Shown here piece after piece: positions 1 through 13,018 of a stretch of 64,000 nucleotides of DNA; positions within the stretch are counted from its first letter, which is position 1, and the number at the start of each line of letters is the position of its first letter. Below the pieces are notes generated by a model. It worked only from the letters and a program-made list of their open reading frames with translations. It was not told where the DNA came from and did not search any database. A program made the translations under genes and the position numbers. Source of the DNA: Felis catus. Its lineage: Eukaryota. The DNA lies in NCBI RefSeq assembly GCF_018350175.1, contig NC_058368.1, forward strand, positions 57,538,001 to 57,602,000, in the 5' to 3' direction.

Positions 1-71
1 AATACCCTCTAGGTCCATTCACGGTGTTGCAAATGGTAAGATGCCATGCTTTTTATGGCTGTGTAATATTC

Positions 72-113
<42 letters not shown>

Positions 114-757
114 ACCAACCTACTGAATGGGAGAAAATATTTGCAAATAATATAAATAATAAGGGTTTAATATACAAAGTATATAATGAATGTATCCAAC
201 TCAAAACCAAAAAAGCAAGTAATCTGATTAAAGAAGGGTAGAGGACCTAAACAGAAACTTTTCCAAAGAAGACATACCCATGGCCAACATACACATCAAA
301 ATTCTCAACGTTACTAATCATCAGGGAAATGCAAATAAAACTAAAATGCAAATCAAAAACAAATTATCTTATACCAGTCAGAATGGCTAGAATGAAAAAG
401 ACAAGAAATAACAAATATTGGCAAGGATGTCGAGAAAAAGACACATGCATGCACTATTGGTGAAAATGTAAATTAGTACAGTCACTGTGGAAAACAGTAT
501 GGAGGTTCCTCAAAACTGTATAAATAGAAATACCATATGATTCAATAATTCTACTAGTGGGTATTTACCCCCTAAAAAACAGAAACACTCATTTGAAAAG
601 ACAGTGTTCATTGCAACAATAAATGCAATGTGTAAATGTAATGCATTTATTACAACATTATTTGTAATAGGCAAGATATACAAGCAATCTAAATGTCCAT
701 CAATGGATGAACGAATAAAAAATTGTGGTGTGAATATATACAATGGAATATTACACA
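1..757 (-). mobile_element. L1 3' fragment with 5' inversion: 1-111 on minus (continues off-window), 112-757 inverted ORF2 C-terminal segment on plus
   Basis: 1-72 reverse-complements to GGAATATTACACAGCCATAAAAAG...GGACCTAGAGGGTATT (end of ORF2); 112-757 reads [11 protein letters not shown]... on plus and ends at GGAATATTACACA. Confidence 0.85.
75..111. repeat. (TG)n microsatellite inside L1
   Basis: direct reading. Confidence 0.97.
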
Positions 758-2092
758 ACAGATTTTCAATATACACAAAATAGCCTTCTATTGGAAGATG
801 ATGCCACATCTAGAGCTTTCATAGCTAAAGATGAAAAGTCAATGCTTTGCTTCAGCCAATGACAGTTTCAAAGGAAAGGCTGACTCTTTTGTTAGGGATT
901 AATTCCGCTGGTGACTTTCATTTTACAACATGGTTTACTGAATCTTTTAAGCCAACTGTTGAGACCTACTATTCAGGAAAAAAAGAAAAAAAAGATTTAT
1001 TGCAAAATATTACTGCTCACTGACAATGTACCTGGTCACCTAAGAGCTCTGATGAGATATGTAGTGAATTAATGGTGTTCTTGTGTCTGCTGATACAACA
1101 TCCAGTCTGTAGAACATGAGTCAAAGAGGAATTTCAACTTTCAAGTCTTATCATTTAAGAAATATACTTTGTAAGGCTATAGTTTCCATAGACAGTGATT
1201 ACGCTTATGGATATAAATTTCAAAGTAAATTTAAAATTTTCTGGAAAGGAGTCATCATTCTAGATGTCATTGAGACTATTTGTGATTCATGGGAAGAGGT
1301 CAACACTCACAGGAGTTTGGAATAAATTGATTCTCACCCTGATGTGTGACTTTGTGGGCTCAGGACTTCAGTGAAGGAAGTGAGTGCAGATGTGGTAGAA
1401 ACAACAAGAGAACTAGAATTAGAAGTAGAGCTTGGCAATGTGACTGAATTGCTGCAATTTTATGATACAGCTTTAATGGATGAGGAGATGCTTCTTATGA
1501 ATGATTAAGGAAAGTAGTTTTATGAGATAGAATCTACTCCTAGTGAAGATGCCATGAAGACCGTTGAAATGACAACAAAAGATTTAGAATATACGCTTGT
1601 TGATAAACAATGACAAAGTTTGAGAGGACTGACTCCAATTTTGAAGGATGTCCTACTGTGGAAAAATGCTGTCAAACAGCATGGCATGCTACAGAGAAAT
1701 CATTAGGAAAAGAAAAAGCCAACTGATGCAGCAAACTTCATTGTTCTCTTATTTTAAGAAATCGTCACAACCATCCCAGCCTTCAGCAACCACCACCCTG
1801 ATCAGTCAGCAGCCATCAATATCAAGTCAAGACTCTCCACCTGTAAAACGATTATGACTCGCTGAAATATCAAATAGTAGTTAGCATTTTTTGGCAATAA
1901 AATATTTTTAAATTAAGATATGTACAATGCTTTTGTAGACAATGCTGTTGCACACTTAAGAGACTATACTATAGTGTAAATATAACTTGTATGCAGTGGC
2001 AAACCAAAAATTTCATTTGACTAGCTTTAGCTTGATACTCGTTTTGCTGTAGTGGTCTGGAACTGAGCCTGCAAAATCTCTGAGATACGCGA
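758..2092 (+). mobile_element. Tigger1 DNA transposon, 3' half (degenerate transposase and right end)
   Basis: ACAGATTTTCAAT...GCCTTCTATTGGAAGATGATGCCA, the [13 protein letters not shown] motif, and terminal GTGGTCTGGAACTGAGCCTGCAAAATCTCTGAGATACGC match Tigger1 as recalled. Confidence 0.9.
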
Positions 2093-3015
2093 GTACTGAC
2101 AGAAAGGGTATGAAGAGCTGTTTTGTACGTGTCTGGCATGTAGGATCTGGATGCCATAAACATCTGAGAATTTCGTGAAAAAATTCTGAAGTGGAAAGAA
2201 TGAGCAAGATATAAGGATGACTTTTGGACTAGTTGCCATTGAGGAAATCAAGGAGATTGAAAGGAGTATTGGAAAAATGAAATGTATTGGAGCTGACTGT
2301 TCATATTTCAAATTAGGTCTCTATTAACTACAAATAGATTAATAAAATATGGATGTACAAAAAATTAACTACACGAAGATTTATTAGTCTCCTGTTCTTT
2401 TGCTTAAATAGAAAATTAAATATCAGTTTATGAAAAAAATCCCAGAAATTAAAATTGACAAATACAAATAGCATTTTGCTCAAAATTATTTCAATGAGAT
2501 TTTATTTATTTGACCTAATAAAGAGGTGAATGGCAGTATGCATATAAATACTGCTGAAAACACTGGTTTACAAACATATTACGTAGAAAATGTGATCAAA
2601 GAGAGCTTGCTCTGTTCATCTTGCAAAATGAACATAATGCTATTTCTAGAATTCAGCAAGACTCTAAGTCAAAGTCATATTGCATATTTGCCATTGTGTT
2701 CTTTGTCCTTAGGTTAATGGTGAGGCCACTTATGGCTAGGACTGCCTCTTTACTGTAACTCTACATTTTTATTTTAATGCAACTTGAAAAAAATGAAAAG
2801 CATTTTCAGGTGTCTGCAAATCTGTAAGACTGCGTCACCATCAAACCTGGTATATATCCGTAATATTGAAAAGTTCCTACAATTTATTTAAGCTCTCCTT
2901 CCAAAGTAGCATTTTAGTCAAAAGAACTCATAGTTCATCAGCAACATCCATATTCCTGAATTCAGAGTCTGAAATAAAGAATAAATTATTCATGTAATCA
3001 AAACATTGCTAAAGT

Positions 3016-3157
3016 CAGTGGGTATCAAAGTGCTAATTCTTGGGTTTCACCCCAGACTCACTGAAGCAGAAACTCTGAGGGTAGGACCCAAAAGTCTGTG
3101 GTTTAACAAGCCCTCCAGGTGATTCTGCTGCATACTACAATTTGAAATTCATTGCTC
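3016..3157. mobile_element. MER5A-like hAT-Charlie element
   Basis: CCCCAGACTCACTGAAGCAGAAACTCTGAGGGTAGGACCC...TTTAACAAGCCCTCCAGGTGATTCTG. Confidence 0.8.
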
Positions 3158-3182
3158 TAAGTAAACGATCTTCTAATTAAAC

Positions 3183-3227
3183 CTTGCCATAAAAGAACTC
3201 CTTCTGGTCAAATTGTTTCTTTCTCTT
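3183..3227 (-). other. candidate 45-nt exon (KRKKQFDQKEFFYGK), unverified
   Basis: minus strand gtttttattctttatttttag|AAG...GGCAAG|gtttaa; strong acceptor, weak donor, open frame. Confidence 0.15.
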
Positions 3228-4610
3228 CTAAAAATAAAGAATAAAAACTTCTCCTTGAAGTTCAATCGAGTTCTTTTAATACTTTTACTCTGAAAATTTG
3301 GGAAATTTTTACACATAGATAAAAATGACACATTTCGCTCCCATTTTATAAAAAGCAACATCCTTAAAACAGAAAATAATTCCAAATCTTGGCTCTAATG
3401 AAGCTGCTGACATTCAAAGTAGTAAATAAGACATATTCCATCAGTGTTAACTAAGATTTTATGACATTACATACAAATATTATAAACAATGATTTTGATG
3501 ATGTCTGATGCTACTTTCATCTCCAGCACCACATAATCAGATACGTTAACAAATATCACAGGTGCTCACCAAAGCACAAAATACTCCAATTGTATTTTAT
3601 TTGCAGATATAGCTCCCCCCCTAAAATTTTTCTGACTCTTTTTGAAAACTTCTGACACCATTTAAAGAGAACACATGTCAGTATGTGAGCCTAGAAACTG
3701 GCCGCAAAGAGGGGAATGAACATTCTAATCTGCTGAATGTTGAAAGGAAAGGCATCGTACAATCTATTTCTTCACGACTAGTTTCAACATACCAACAGAA
3801 AAGTCATTTTGGGGGTGTTGGTGGCAAGGTGTCAAGTGTCAAATGGCATGTCATCTGCTGTATTTCTGCCAACCCAGAACTTGACCGCAATGAATAGCTT
3901 AACCAAATTGTGCCAAATTATGTGTTGATTTCTTAGTTTGATTGCATGACAAGCAAATTACAAGATGCTTTAGGCAAGGATTGAGGCAAATCCAAGATTT
4001 AATTAGTGTCCAGCCTTGTTCAAATTGAGCTTATTTTTCACACTTGTTTTCAGGATGGACAGTTATAAAGAGCTCCTTTAGTTCTGCTGGCTCCATACTT
4101 ACATTGCTAAATCCATGGCCAAAAAGAAGCACTGCAGTTTTTTTTTTTTTTTTACAGCATTATATTTGCATAGTGACTAAATCCAAAAGATTAGCAACTT
4201 CTGTCTCCCTCCCTTGCTTCCGTTCCTTCCCTTCCTCTCTTTTGAATAAGTCCAATGTAAAAATAAAGAAAAGTAATTCTGGAAAATATCAATGCTTTCC
4301 ATGTCTTTCCCTGAATATATCTCAAACACTTCAAGATTATTATTAACTTGGAGGTATTGAAAATACCAATTTAAAGCCATATTAATGGACTCTAAATAAT
4401 CTTTATTTTCAAAAATTACCCCCAAATTTATATTGTTTGCAAAATTTTATAGATATTATAGTCCTTTATTCACTGATTCAACATTTTAGTTAATATATTT
4501 TATACATTAATTCAATATTTTAAAAACGTTTTTATTCAGCAGAGTCATTTTTAATGATGAGTTATGTTTGACCCTCAATAGATGATATACATGAAAATTA
4601 GGATGCTTTT

Positions 4611-4842
4611 GGGGCACCAGGGTGGCTTAGTCGGTTAAATGTCTGACTTTGGCTCAGGTTATGATCTCATTGCTTGTGGGTTCAAGTCCCGCATCTGGCT
4701 CTGTACTGACAGCTCAGAGCCTGCAGCCTGCTTCGGATTCTGTCTCCCTCTCTCTCTGCCCCTCCCCCACTCATGCTGTCTCTCTCTCTCTCTCTCTCTC
4801 AAAAATAAACATTAAAAATTTTTGTAATTAAAAAAAAGAAAG
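4611..4842 (+). mobile_element. Can-SINE (SINEC)
   Basis: GGGGCACCAGGGTGGCTTAGTCGGTT head, CT-rich tract, A tail, TSD AAATTAGGATGC. Confidence 0.95.
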
Positions 4843-5119
4843 TAAATTAGGATGCCTTCAATTGAAGCATTGGGAGAAACAAAAGCCCCATCTGCACAGC
4901 AAATTCCCTTTTTTAGCCCACGGGAGCAACAGGGATATCTATTACGTACCTGCAAAAATCTATCTCTATATCTATTTAACTGTCCCATTTCAAAATCAGT
5001 TTTGGAACAATGTAAAAGTAAAAATGTTACACATAAACAGTAATAATAATGACTAATATTTACTCACTGAATGTCATAACTTGGGCTACTTAGATGTACT
5101 ATTTCACTTAATTCTTACA

Positions 5120-5205
5120 AAATTCTTTGAGAAATGATTATACCTCTTTTATACACAAGGAACTGCATCTTAACAAGATTAAATAACTTGTTCATATTTA
5201 CCAAT
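5120..5205 (-). mobile_element. MIR fragment
   Basis: degenerate MIR core (ATTATACCTCTTTTATACACAAGGAACTG...AAATAACTTG). Confidence 0.5.
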
Positions 5206-5339
5206 ACAGGAACATAATTTTTAGTCAATACTAATACTAAGTAGATTTTAATGCATGGATCAGAAGAGCAAAGTGAATCCAGGATGTATGAAACCTCAGG
5301 GAGGTGAAGGAAAGAAAACAAACAAAGCACATTATATAT

Positions 5340-5880
5340 GTGAGAGGTCTATGGATTAGCCATCAGGTTATAAAGCTCATCTGATAAAGATCCCTAGACA
5401 CAAACTGGTAGAGTAGCAAAATAGGCTTATTGATTTGTTGCAACAAGGTAGACAGCACACCCCAGACCCATGAGGTGTTCATGTAAGTGAGGTTTGAGTA
5501 GGAAAGGTTTCTGGTAACTTTTGAATTTGTCATGATTGATTCTAAGGCAGGGTAAGTATAGGAAGGATCAACTCTGGATTGATTGCAATTTCTAAGGTGG
5601 AAGTAAGATAAGTAGATTTGAGCCCAGGATTGGTTGCTGACTTAGGCGATGGAGGCTAACAATTAAGTGTCTTGCAGCCCTTGATTCACAAGGTGAGAAC
5701 AGCGAAGCAGGGTTAACAGTCACCCAAAGAAGGGAAGTCATTTTGACACTATACAGCAGAAATGAGAGAAATATTACTTCTGGTTATCATTACAGCTGCC
5801 TTTATCAATGTCTGTTATTACTGTCTGATTAACTGCAGAGCTGCTGTTTATTGTCTTAGTCCTGAGAAGATTTCTTTACT
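5340..5880. mobile_element. possible old LTR fragment, family not assigned
   Basis: composition shift and LTR-like wording only. Confidence 0.25.
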
Positions 5881-5974
5881 CTTTCAGTTTCGGGCTGTTT
5901 TCTGCTTCCTCAGAACTCACAATCTTTTCATGGAGAACAAGAGAACAACAAAGTCTGGAAGTTAATTGTGCCCC

Positions 5975-6145
5975 TGTTACTTTCAGATTGGGCAGCTGTG
6001 AGAAATTCACATAACCTCTAGGTGCTTCAGTTTTCTTATATGTAAAAGAGGTAAAATAATTACTCTTTTGTCGTATTTGAAAAATAAATTTAACACCATG
6101 TGTGGCATATGTAAGTGCCATGTGAGTGCTATTACTATATTAATC
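5975..6145 (+). mobile_element. MIR
   Basis: CATAACCTCTAGGTGCTTCAGTTTTCTTATATGTAAAAGAGG core. Confidence 0.7.
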
Positions 6146-6177
6146 ATGTTCCACTGTAGGTAAAGTATTTTGCTTTT

Positions 6178-6385
6178 CCTTTTTTTGCAAGTTTATTTAT
6201 TTTGAGAGGAAGAGAGAGAACATGCAGGACAGGAAGAGAGAGAAGAAGAGAGAGAGAATCCCAAGCAGGCTCTGCACTGTCTGCCTAGAGCCTGATGTAG
6301 GGTTTGAACTCTTGAACTGTGAGATCATAATCTGAGCCTAAATAAAGAGTCAGATGCTTAACTGACTGAGCCACCCAGGCGCCCC
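6178..6385 (-). mobile_element. Can-SINE (older SINEC)
   Basis: TTTATTTATTTTGAGAG...GAGCCACCCAGGCGCCCC. Confidence 0.95.
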
Positions 6386-7066
6386 TGTAAACCGTTTCTT
6401 AATGCTCACAAAATGTTTGTGATGCAGGCATCTTTTGCATTATGCATGGAAATACAGTGCAATTCACTGTATATATAAGGACCATAAAGTAAATATTAAA
6501 GGCAAAGACACAGATACCAAAATAGTTAGACCTTTAGTTTTCAATCTGTTTTTCTTTTCCCTATTCCAAAGTGTGGTCTCATTGCCAGATCATGTTATAT
6601 ACAACAATGTGGATAGAACAGTGTGGACAGAAACAGTGTGTCCTTGGCTTAATAAGAACTCAGGGAAGGCTAGAACTTCTTATAGATCTAAAACTGGGAT
6701 CAAAGTGTATACTCTGTGCCATTCATGAGTTTCACCACATTTCAGGCAAGGGAACTGAGGTTCTAAGAGATTATACACATTATATTTTCATTATCTCATA
6801 ACTTTCCTCAATTTATAACAACAAATCAGTGATGGGCCTCAGTACAAATATAAATACATCCTGAAAAAAGAAAATTATAGAAAAATATCTGTATAAGGTC
6901 AAATTGGGTTATATCTTTGGGACACAATAGATCAAGTTTTTAATTTCATAATAGAAAAAAAATAATGTGGAGTAAAATAATAAACTTACTCTTTTGACTA
7001 AAGCTGACATAACAGCAATCAAGACTGAAACCACCAATAGTATATAGGTTGGGAAATCTATACATA

Positions 7067-7384
7067 CAGTTGACCCTTGAACAGGACAGCGGTTGGGGGC
7101 ACCAACCCCTTTTGAAGTCAAAAATCCAGGTTTAACTTTCAACTCCCCCAAAACAACTCCTAACAGTTTACTGTTGGCCAGAAGACTTACCGATAACACA
7201 GACAGTAGAGTAACACATATTTAGTGCTGTATGCTTATAATAAAGTAAGCTAGAGAAAAGAAAATGCTAAGAAAATCATAAATAAAAGAAAATACATTTA
7301 CAGTATTCCACTGTATTTATTGAAAAACGTCTGTATACAAGTGGGCTCATGAAGTTCCAACCTATTTTGTTCAAGGGTTAACTG
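7067..7384 (-). mobile_element. Tigger2a-type non-autonomous DNA transposon
   Basis: TIRs CAGTTGACCCTTGAACA / TGTTCAAGGGTTAACTG, flanked by TA on both sides. Confidence 0.9.
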
Positions 7385-7479
7385 TATTTAAAAGCATAAA
7401 CAATGTTACTTATAAGTCTATATTATTTTTTTCTAATATTTAATTTGTGCAAGCCCTTCTAGAATAGAAAATATTTTTA

Positions 7480-7835
7480 TAAACCACAATTTCTACGTGG
7501 CAATGAGAAACAATGAAATATGGCCTTTTGTAGTAACGTGGATGAAACTGGACAGTGTTATGCTAAGTGAAATAAGTCATACAGAGAAAGACAGATACCA
7601 TATGTTTTCACTCTTATGTGGATCCTGAGAAACTTAACAGAAGAAAATAGGGGAGTGGAAGGAAAAAAAAAAAAAAGAAAAAGAAGAGAGGTTAGAGACT
7701 CTTAAAAACTGAGGGTTGATGGTGGGTGGGAGGGAGGGGAGAGTGGGTGATGGGTTTTGGGGAGAGCACCTGTTGGGATGAGCACTGGGTGTTGTATGGA
7801 AACCAATTTGACAATAAATTTCATATTAAAAAAAA
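7480..7835 (+). mobile_element. young felid L1, 5'-truncated 3' end with tiny 5' inversion
   Basis: ORF2 end plus 3'UTR, AATAAA and polyA; TSD AGAAAA(T/C)ATTTTTA at 7466-7479 and 7836-7849. Confidence 0.95.
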
Positions 7836-9569
7836 AGAAAACATTTTTAAAAATTGGATAATTAGGCAAAATATGTAGTTGAAATCCTAAAAAATAAAAA
7901 ATAAAAAAAACCCAGAAACTTCTTTGAATAGAATAATGACTATAGAGTATGATGGAATTTCTTAATATTAAAGAATTTTGACATAAACTATTACAAGACT
8001 CAGGAGAAGTGGTGACTACATATAGTCTGTTTTGATAGAATCTAGTAAAATAAGATGCATATACTTATCAATGAATTATTATTTTGTTCTTTCCTTTCAT
8101 TCCTTAGTACTGTTACATACAACTCAGATATTTTTCATAGTAGGTATAAAGACCACATGATAGTCTCATATTTTTGTTCATCTTTTGATTGTATTTGTAC
8201 TTTCTTGGCCCAGTTCATTTTTCCTCTTTTGAAGGAAATCCTGAGATTGACTCATCAGATGAAAACAAAAACAAAAACAAAAACAAAACCCTGTTTTGAT
8301 ACCTAATCGTGAAATCAAGGATTTTGCTTTATCTGTTCAAGAAGCTTAGAAAAAAGAGATCGGAGCTATCTGTGGTTGTGCTACTATGTGGCACATTTAA
8401 GGAAGCACAAAGGGAATTACTCTCATTACATTTGCCACTCCTCTCTAGGAATCCTTCCTTTTAAACATTTCTGAAGATAACATCCTAATACTTCCTTTTA
8501 TTACTAGGACTTTTTTTTCTCACTGTAAGATTTCTAGATTGCTCTGTTTTTGGGAAAAAAAGCAAAAAATCTTAACAGGGGTGGGTAGCAATTTTCTGAT
8601 CTTGTTGCCTGAAGAACAGATGACTTACCCTTCAAATGACTCCTGTGATTAGGGAAAATAAATGAGCGTAATGCACCAGGCTTTCAAATACTCCATTTTC
8701 CTGTCATTATGGCATGCTAAGCTTAACATTTCTAATTATATACATCTATAATTTTTATTCAAGACTCTTGTCCTTTAGTGAAAGAACCTAGCTTTCCCAA
8801 TCTTAGCTAGTGACAAAAAAATAAATTTTCCTAATCTAATTCTAAATTAGATTAATTGAAAACCCACTGAATTGTACTAAATAAAAGATTCCATTCATCT
8901 AGACTATCACTGGATGAAACAATTTTTTTTCATGTGGACTATGATTATTTATATAATTATAAATTTTCTTTATGCATGCAGTTTTTCTTAAGCTTACAAT
9001 TTTTAATTTCTTTCTGAAAATCATTTCTACTCAACTTTATCTTCTTCAATTAAGTGTGATAAACTATACTAAGCCAATTTTGACATGAACAACTCTTAGT
9101 ACCTTTTATTTGTAAATTATAATTACTTGAAATAGACAAAGTTAAATATCTCTCTACAACCTTGCCATCAACTTATTGTTAAAACAGTTCTCAGACAAAA
9201 TTCCATAACACATACAGACACCTGTTAAGTAAATATGTATTAGGAGGCACAGAATATTTCATAAAACCTGTGTTCTAAATTGGAGAAATCCCATATCCTG
9301 GGTGGTTGGCTATCTGAACACAATTTTTATGAAATTGTTGATAGACATATGCGTAGCAATATTCAAGAAGGAGGAATCTATGACTTTGATTACTGGCACA
9401 TGGCAAACTGAAATTCTCCAATTTAATTTCTACATGTAGAATTCTTTATGGATAAAATGGTATGTTTCTTCCTACTGACCTTCTTAGATTCTTAGGCTTG
9501 TTCACATAAGGTTTGGGTTTGTCCATAAAATATTTTGGCCATTTTATAGTTATTAACTACCATAAATTT

Positions 9570-9572
<3 letters not shown>

Positions 9573-9611
<39 letters not shown>
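9573..9611. repeat. (GA)n microsatellite
   Basis: direct reading. Confidence 0.97.
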
Positions 9612-9613
<2 letters not shown>

Positions 9614-11149
9614 AATTCCTAACACCTACTGGACTGATTTAAGATAGACTAATTTGACCAGCTGATCAGTTCTGAAGTAGGACAAATAACTGGCCTTAAA
9701 GTGTAGCTTACATATTGTGCTGTCCTGGCTGATATGTTTTAAATTAAATTATGGATTTCATAACGTTTAGTTGGTTTATTGTTTTCTCTGTGAAGGAAAC
9801 CTCCCCTAAGGTAAAACATTGAAGAAAATCAGTTATTCATTATTTTACATATTTATTTTCCACTATAAGGGTTATTATGTGATTATAGAGTTAGAGGTTC
9901 TTCATCTATGACTATTAAAAATTATTACAGTAGATTTTCCAAGGGCCTATGCTTGAATGTTGGATGGCAATATTGCAGCTGGATGAGAAAGAGAAAGGGG
10001 TTAGTCAGCTATTAATTGTCTGTAAAAGACCTTCAAAGGCTCACTGGTTTTACTACTTAGAGGTTGGGACTGGTAAAGGAGAAATTGACATGAGCTAAAT
10101 CCATTACGGACCCCGAGCAGGGAAATGGTGGGTTGGCAGCCTTGCTCTGATATGTAGCTGGACCTAAATCTAAAATCATAGCCTGAGACAAATAATAAAT
10201 AACTGAAATCTACAAGAACAGACACTGTCAAAGAGGAAGAAGAATCACTTAAACATAAGAAGTCAGGCCAGAATGCCCAGGTCAGTCTCGGACACAAAAA
10301 CAGGGACTAAGTACTTAGAAACCTATCAAACTTGAAGAGTGTGTGGAGGTAGCAGGAAAGCAAGGATCTCCACGCATGAAAAATGGTATAAATTCATTCA
10401 GACAAGCAGGTGGCTCTTCAGCTGTCTTTATCCTGATTACTGCCAGCACAATGTTTTCGCTCTCTGATCTTAAAGTTTCCTCAAATGGCCTCAAAGAGAC
10501 AGCAAAATAGAATTAAGGGCAACATGCAAATCCTGTTTCCTGAAAATGTGATTCGTCCATACAATCTCTTTAATCTTTTGATATCTCTCTACTGAATAAA
10601 AGGTTGCTTTTAGTATTCAGACTCCAGTGCAATTGACCTCAGCCACCTTACTTATTTGCACTAACCATGAATTTCAGTAACAATCTAGAAATAGCCCTAA
10701 TTGATGCATATTATTTATAGTCTTGACTGGAAATTAGACAAAAGTGATAAAATCATTTAAATCTACTAGGTACTCAATGGATATAGAGGTGAGAGATTTT
10801 GTTTCCTTGCTTATAAAGAAGTACCAAAAGTAATTTCCTTTTTATGTAAGACTATTAAAATTGAGAAAGTGATCTATTTATTGATCCTCTTTTGTAGCCA
10901 ACTATATTCAATTCTATTGGACAGTTTGAATACTCTATGTGCCCACTATGTTAATCCCCAAAATACAATGATTAATAGTATGCAATCGTAGACTTTGAAA
11001 AGTTTTACTTCAGCTACTAAGTAGAATATCCAAATATTTGACAATATAACATATTCAAACAACGTTGAAGAAAATTTACTTTTATAAACAAATTATTTAA
11101 TGAATCTAGGTAGTTTTATTTTTATTAAATAATTGTAACAAAAATGTTA

Positions 11150-11340
11150 TATTACTGTGTGCCTACACAGTGCTTAAAAATGTCAATTCTTGTAACTATC
11201 TTGTATAGCAGATATTACTATTACTACATTTTACATTATTATACATTGTTTAGAGAGGCTAAACTAACATTCTTCTGGTCACACAGCCAGTAGTAGATAA
11301 GGGAAATTGTACCCATCCATGTTATCTGATTCTAAATTAA
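11150..11340 (-). mobile_element. MIR
   Basis: TTAGAGAGGCTAAACTAACATTCTTCTGGTCACACAGCCAGTAG. Confidence 0.7.
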
Positions 11341-11379
11341 TCCTATTACCATTGACAAAACCATTTTTTCTGTTTCTCC

Positions 11380-12790
11380 TGACAAGTCAATATTAAATAT
11401 GCACTATATGCAGACACAGTTCAAGGAACTTGTATCTGTGATCAAAGATGGCAAAAAGTACTGCCTTTCTAGAGCTTATTTATAGAGATCATGATGTTAA
11501 ATAAGAATCAAAACAGGAAACAAATAGTGCTATGTTACATTAGATTATGATAAGTGCAATGAAAAATAGTGCAGCCAGATATGTGGAATTTGGAAAAGGG
11601 GGATTATAGTTTTAAATTGAATAGTCCTATCAGACTTCATTCAGAGGAGGGCTCTTAAGCAAAGATTTGAAGGACTTATAGATACCTAGGGGAAAAAAGT
11701 TCCAGGAAAAAGGAATAATTAGCACAAAGGCCCCAAGTGAGGGGCTCTCTGGAATATTTAAGGAATTAAATAAAACTGGTGTGGATCCAGTGGTGTGAGA
11801 GACGTAGTAGGAATATGAACACCTAATCTATAGCAAGAGGCAAACAGAGGAGTGGGAGTGTGTCTGTGGTTAGATGTTTTTGGAAAAACCTGTGAAAGTT
11901 CTCTTTTGATTACTTAATCTTATGAAGAATATTAAGGCTGAGAATGGAGTAGAAAGTGTTAAAGACAGGAACAGGTGTCAGAGTGTGGGTCAGTGATTGG
12001 ATTAGGGGAATATAGAATGACTACAGGACAGCATTAAAATCCTTTGAGGTTTCTAATTAAGAATTTAAAATAGAGTTTTGTGGCTGTATGTTTTCCCACA
12101 TCCACATTGAGCCGCATGGGTACAAGGATCAGGTAGGCAGAGAGTTGGATTTAAAAAGGGTTATGGTGGGGCGCCTGGGTGGCGCAGTCGGTTAAGCGTC
12201 CTACTTCAGCCAGGTCACGATCTCACGGTCCGTGGGTTCGAGCCCCGCGTCAGGCTCTGGGCTGATGGCTCAGAGCCTGGAGCCTGTTTCCAATTCTGTG
12301 TCTCCCTCTCTCTCTGCCCCTCCCCCATTCACGCTCTGTCTCTCTCTGTCCCAAAAATAAATAAACGTTGAAAAAAATAAAAAATAAAAAAATAAAAAGG
12401 GTTATGGTTTTGTCAAGTGAGTGTGATGAAGAATGAGAGAGGCAGGGAAGCTGAGGTGTTAGTTTTATAATGATTGATCATGGTATTTAAACTGGTTAAG
12501 GGCAGAAGAAAGGGCATCAATGAGTTGAATGGCAGCAAAAAGCTGATAGCATCCTGGCAGAGGAAGCTCACAGCAATCAAAGGAGGTAGTGATCAGAGAG
12601 GGCTGCATAAAACAGAGACAGTGGAGGGATGAATTTTTGAGAGTGACAAGCATGACGGTAGCTGTGAGTGGCAGAAGCAGGATAAAGGTTAAGATGGAGG
12701 AGAGTTCAATAAATGAAGTTCTAGAAGAATCATTCAGGTATATTGAAGTCATTAACATTTTTAGGGAGAAATGTATGAGAATAACCTAAA
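11380..12790 (-). mobile_element. L2 fragment, interrupted by a SINE
   Basis: begins like an antisense L2 3' end (CACTATATGCAGACACAGTT...CTGCCTTTCTAGAGCTT), followed by purine-rich L2-like body. Confidence 0.6.
12168..12393 (+). mobile_element. young SINEC_Fc
   Basis: near-consensus with CpGs intact; perfect TSD AAAAAGGGTTATGGT at 12153-12167 and 12394-12408. Confidence 0.97.
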
Positions 12791-12854
12791 GGTCAATATA
12801 GTGTACACGGAGCTATCTATCTCACATCAAAACATTAAATTCTTAATTACTTAC

Positions 12855-12893
12855 CTTGCTTAAAAGCAAGATACACTGTTTTACATAGTGTTC
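12855..12893 (-). other. candidate 39-nt exon (EHYVKQCILLLSK or TLCKTVYLAFKQ), unverified
   Basis: minus strand tttctttttaattttacattgttatag|GAA...AAG|gtaagt; consensus donor, U-rich acceptor, length divisible by 3. Confidence 0.25.
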
Positions 12894-13018
12894 CTATAAC
12901 AATGTAAAATTAAAAAGAAAATATTTCCTACACAGGAAAATACATTTCCTACACAGAAGTTTATCTCTTATTTTTAAAATACATAATTCCATGCCTGCTA
13001 TATTTTTCAATCATTTTC

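Noticed and set aside
8623..8705. Minus-strand donor GG|GTAAGT with a 14-nt or longer exon
   Set aside because: 14 nt is not frame-preserving, and the longer version has stops in all three frames.
9900..10390. GC-richer stretch, possibly an ancient LTR
   Set aside because: No family motif or termini that I could support.
12168..12250. tRNA-like heads
   Set aside because: These are tRNA-derived SINE heads, not tRNA genes.
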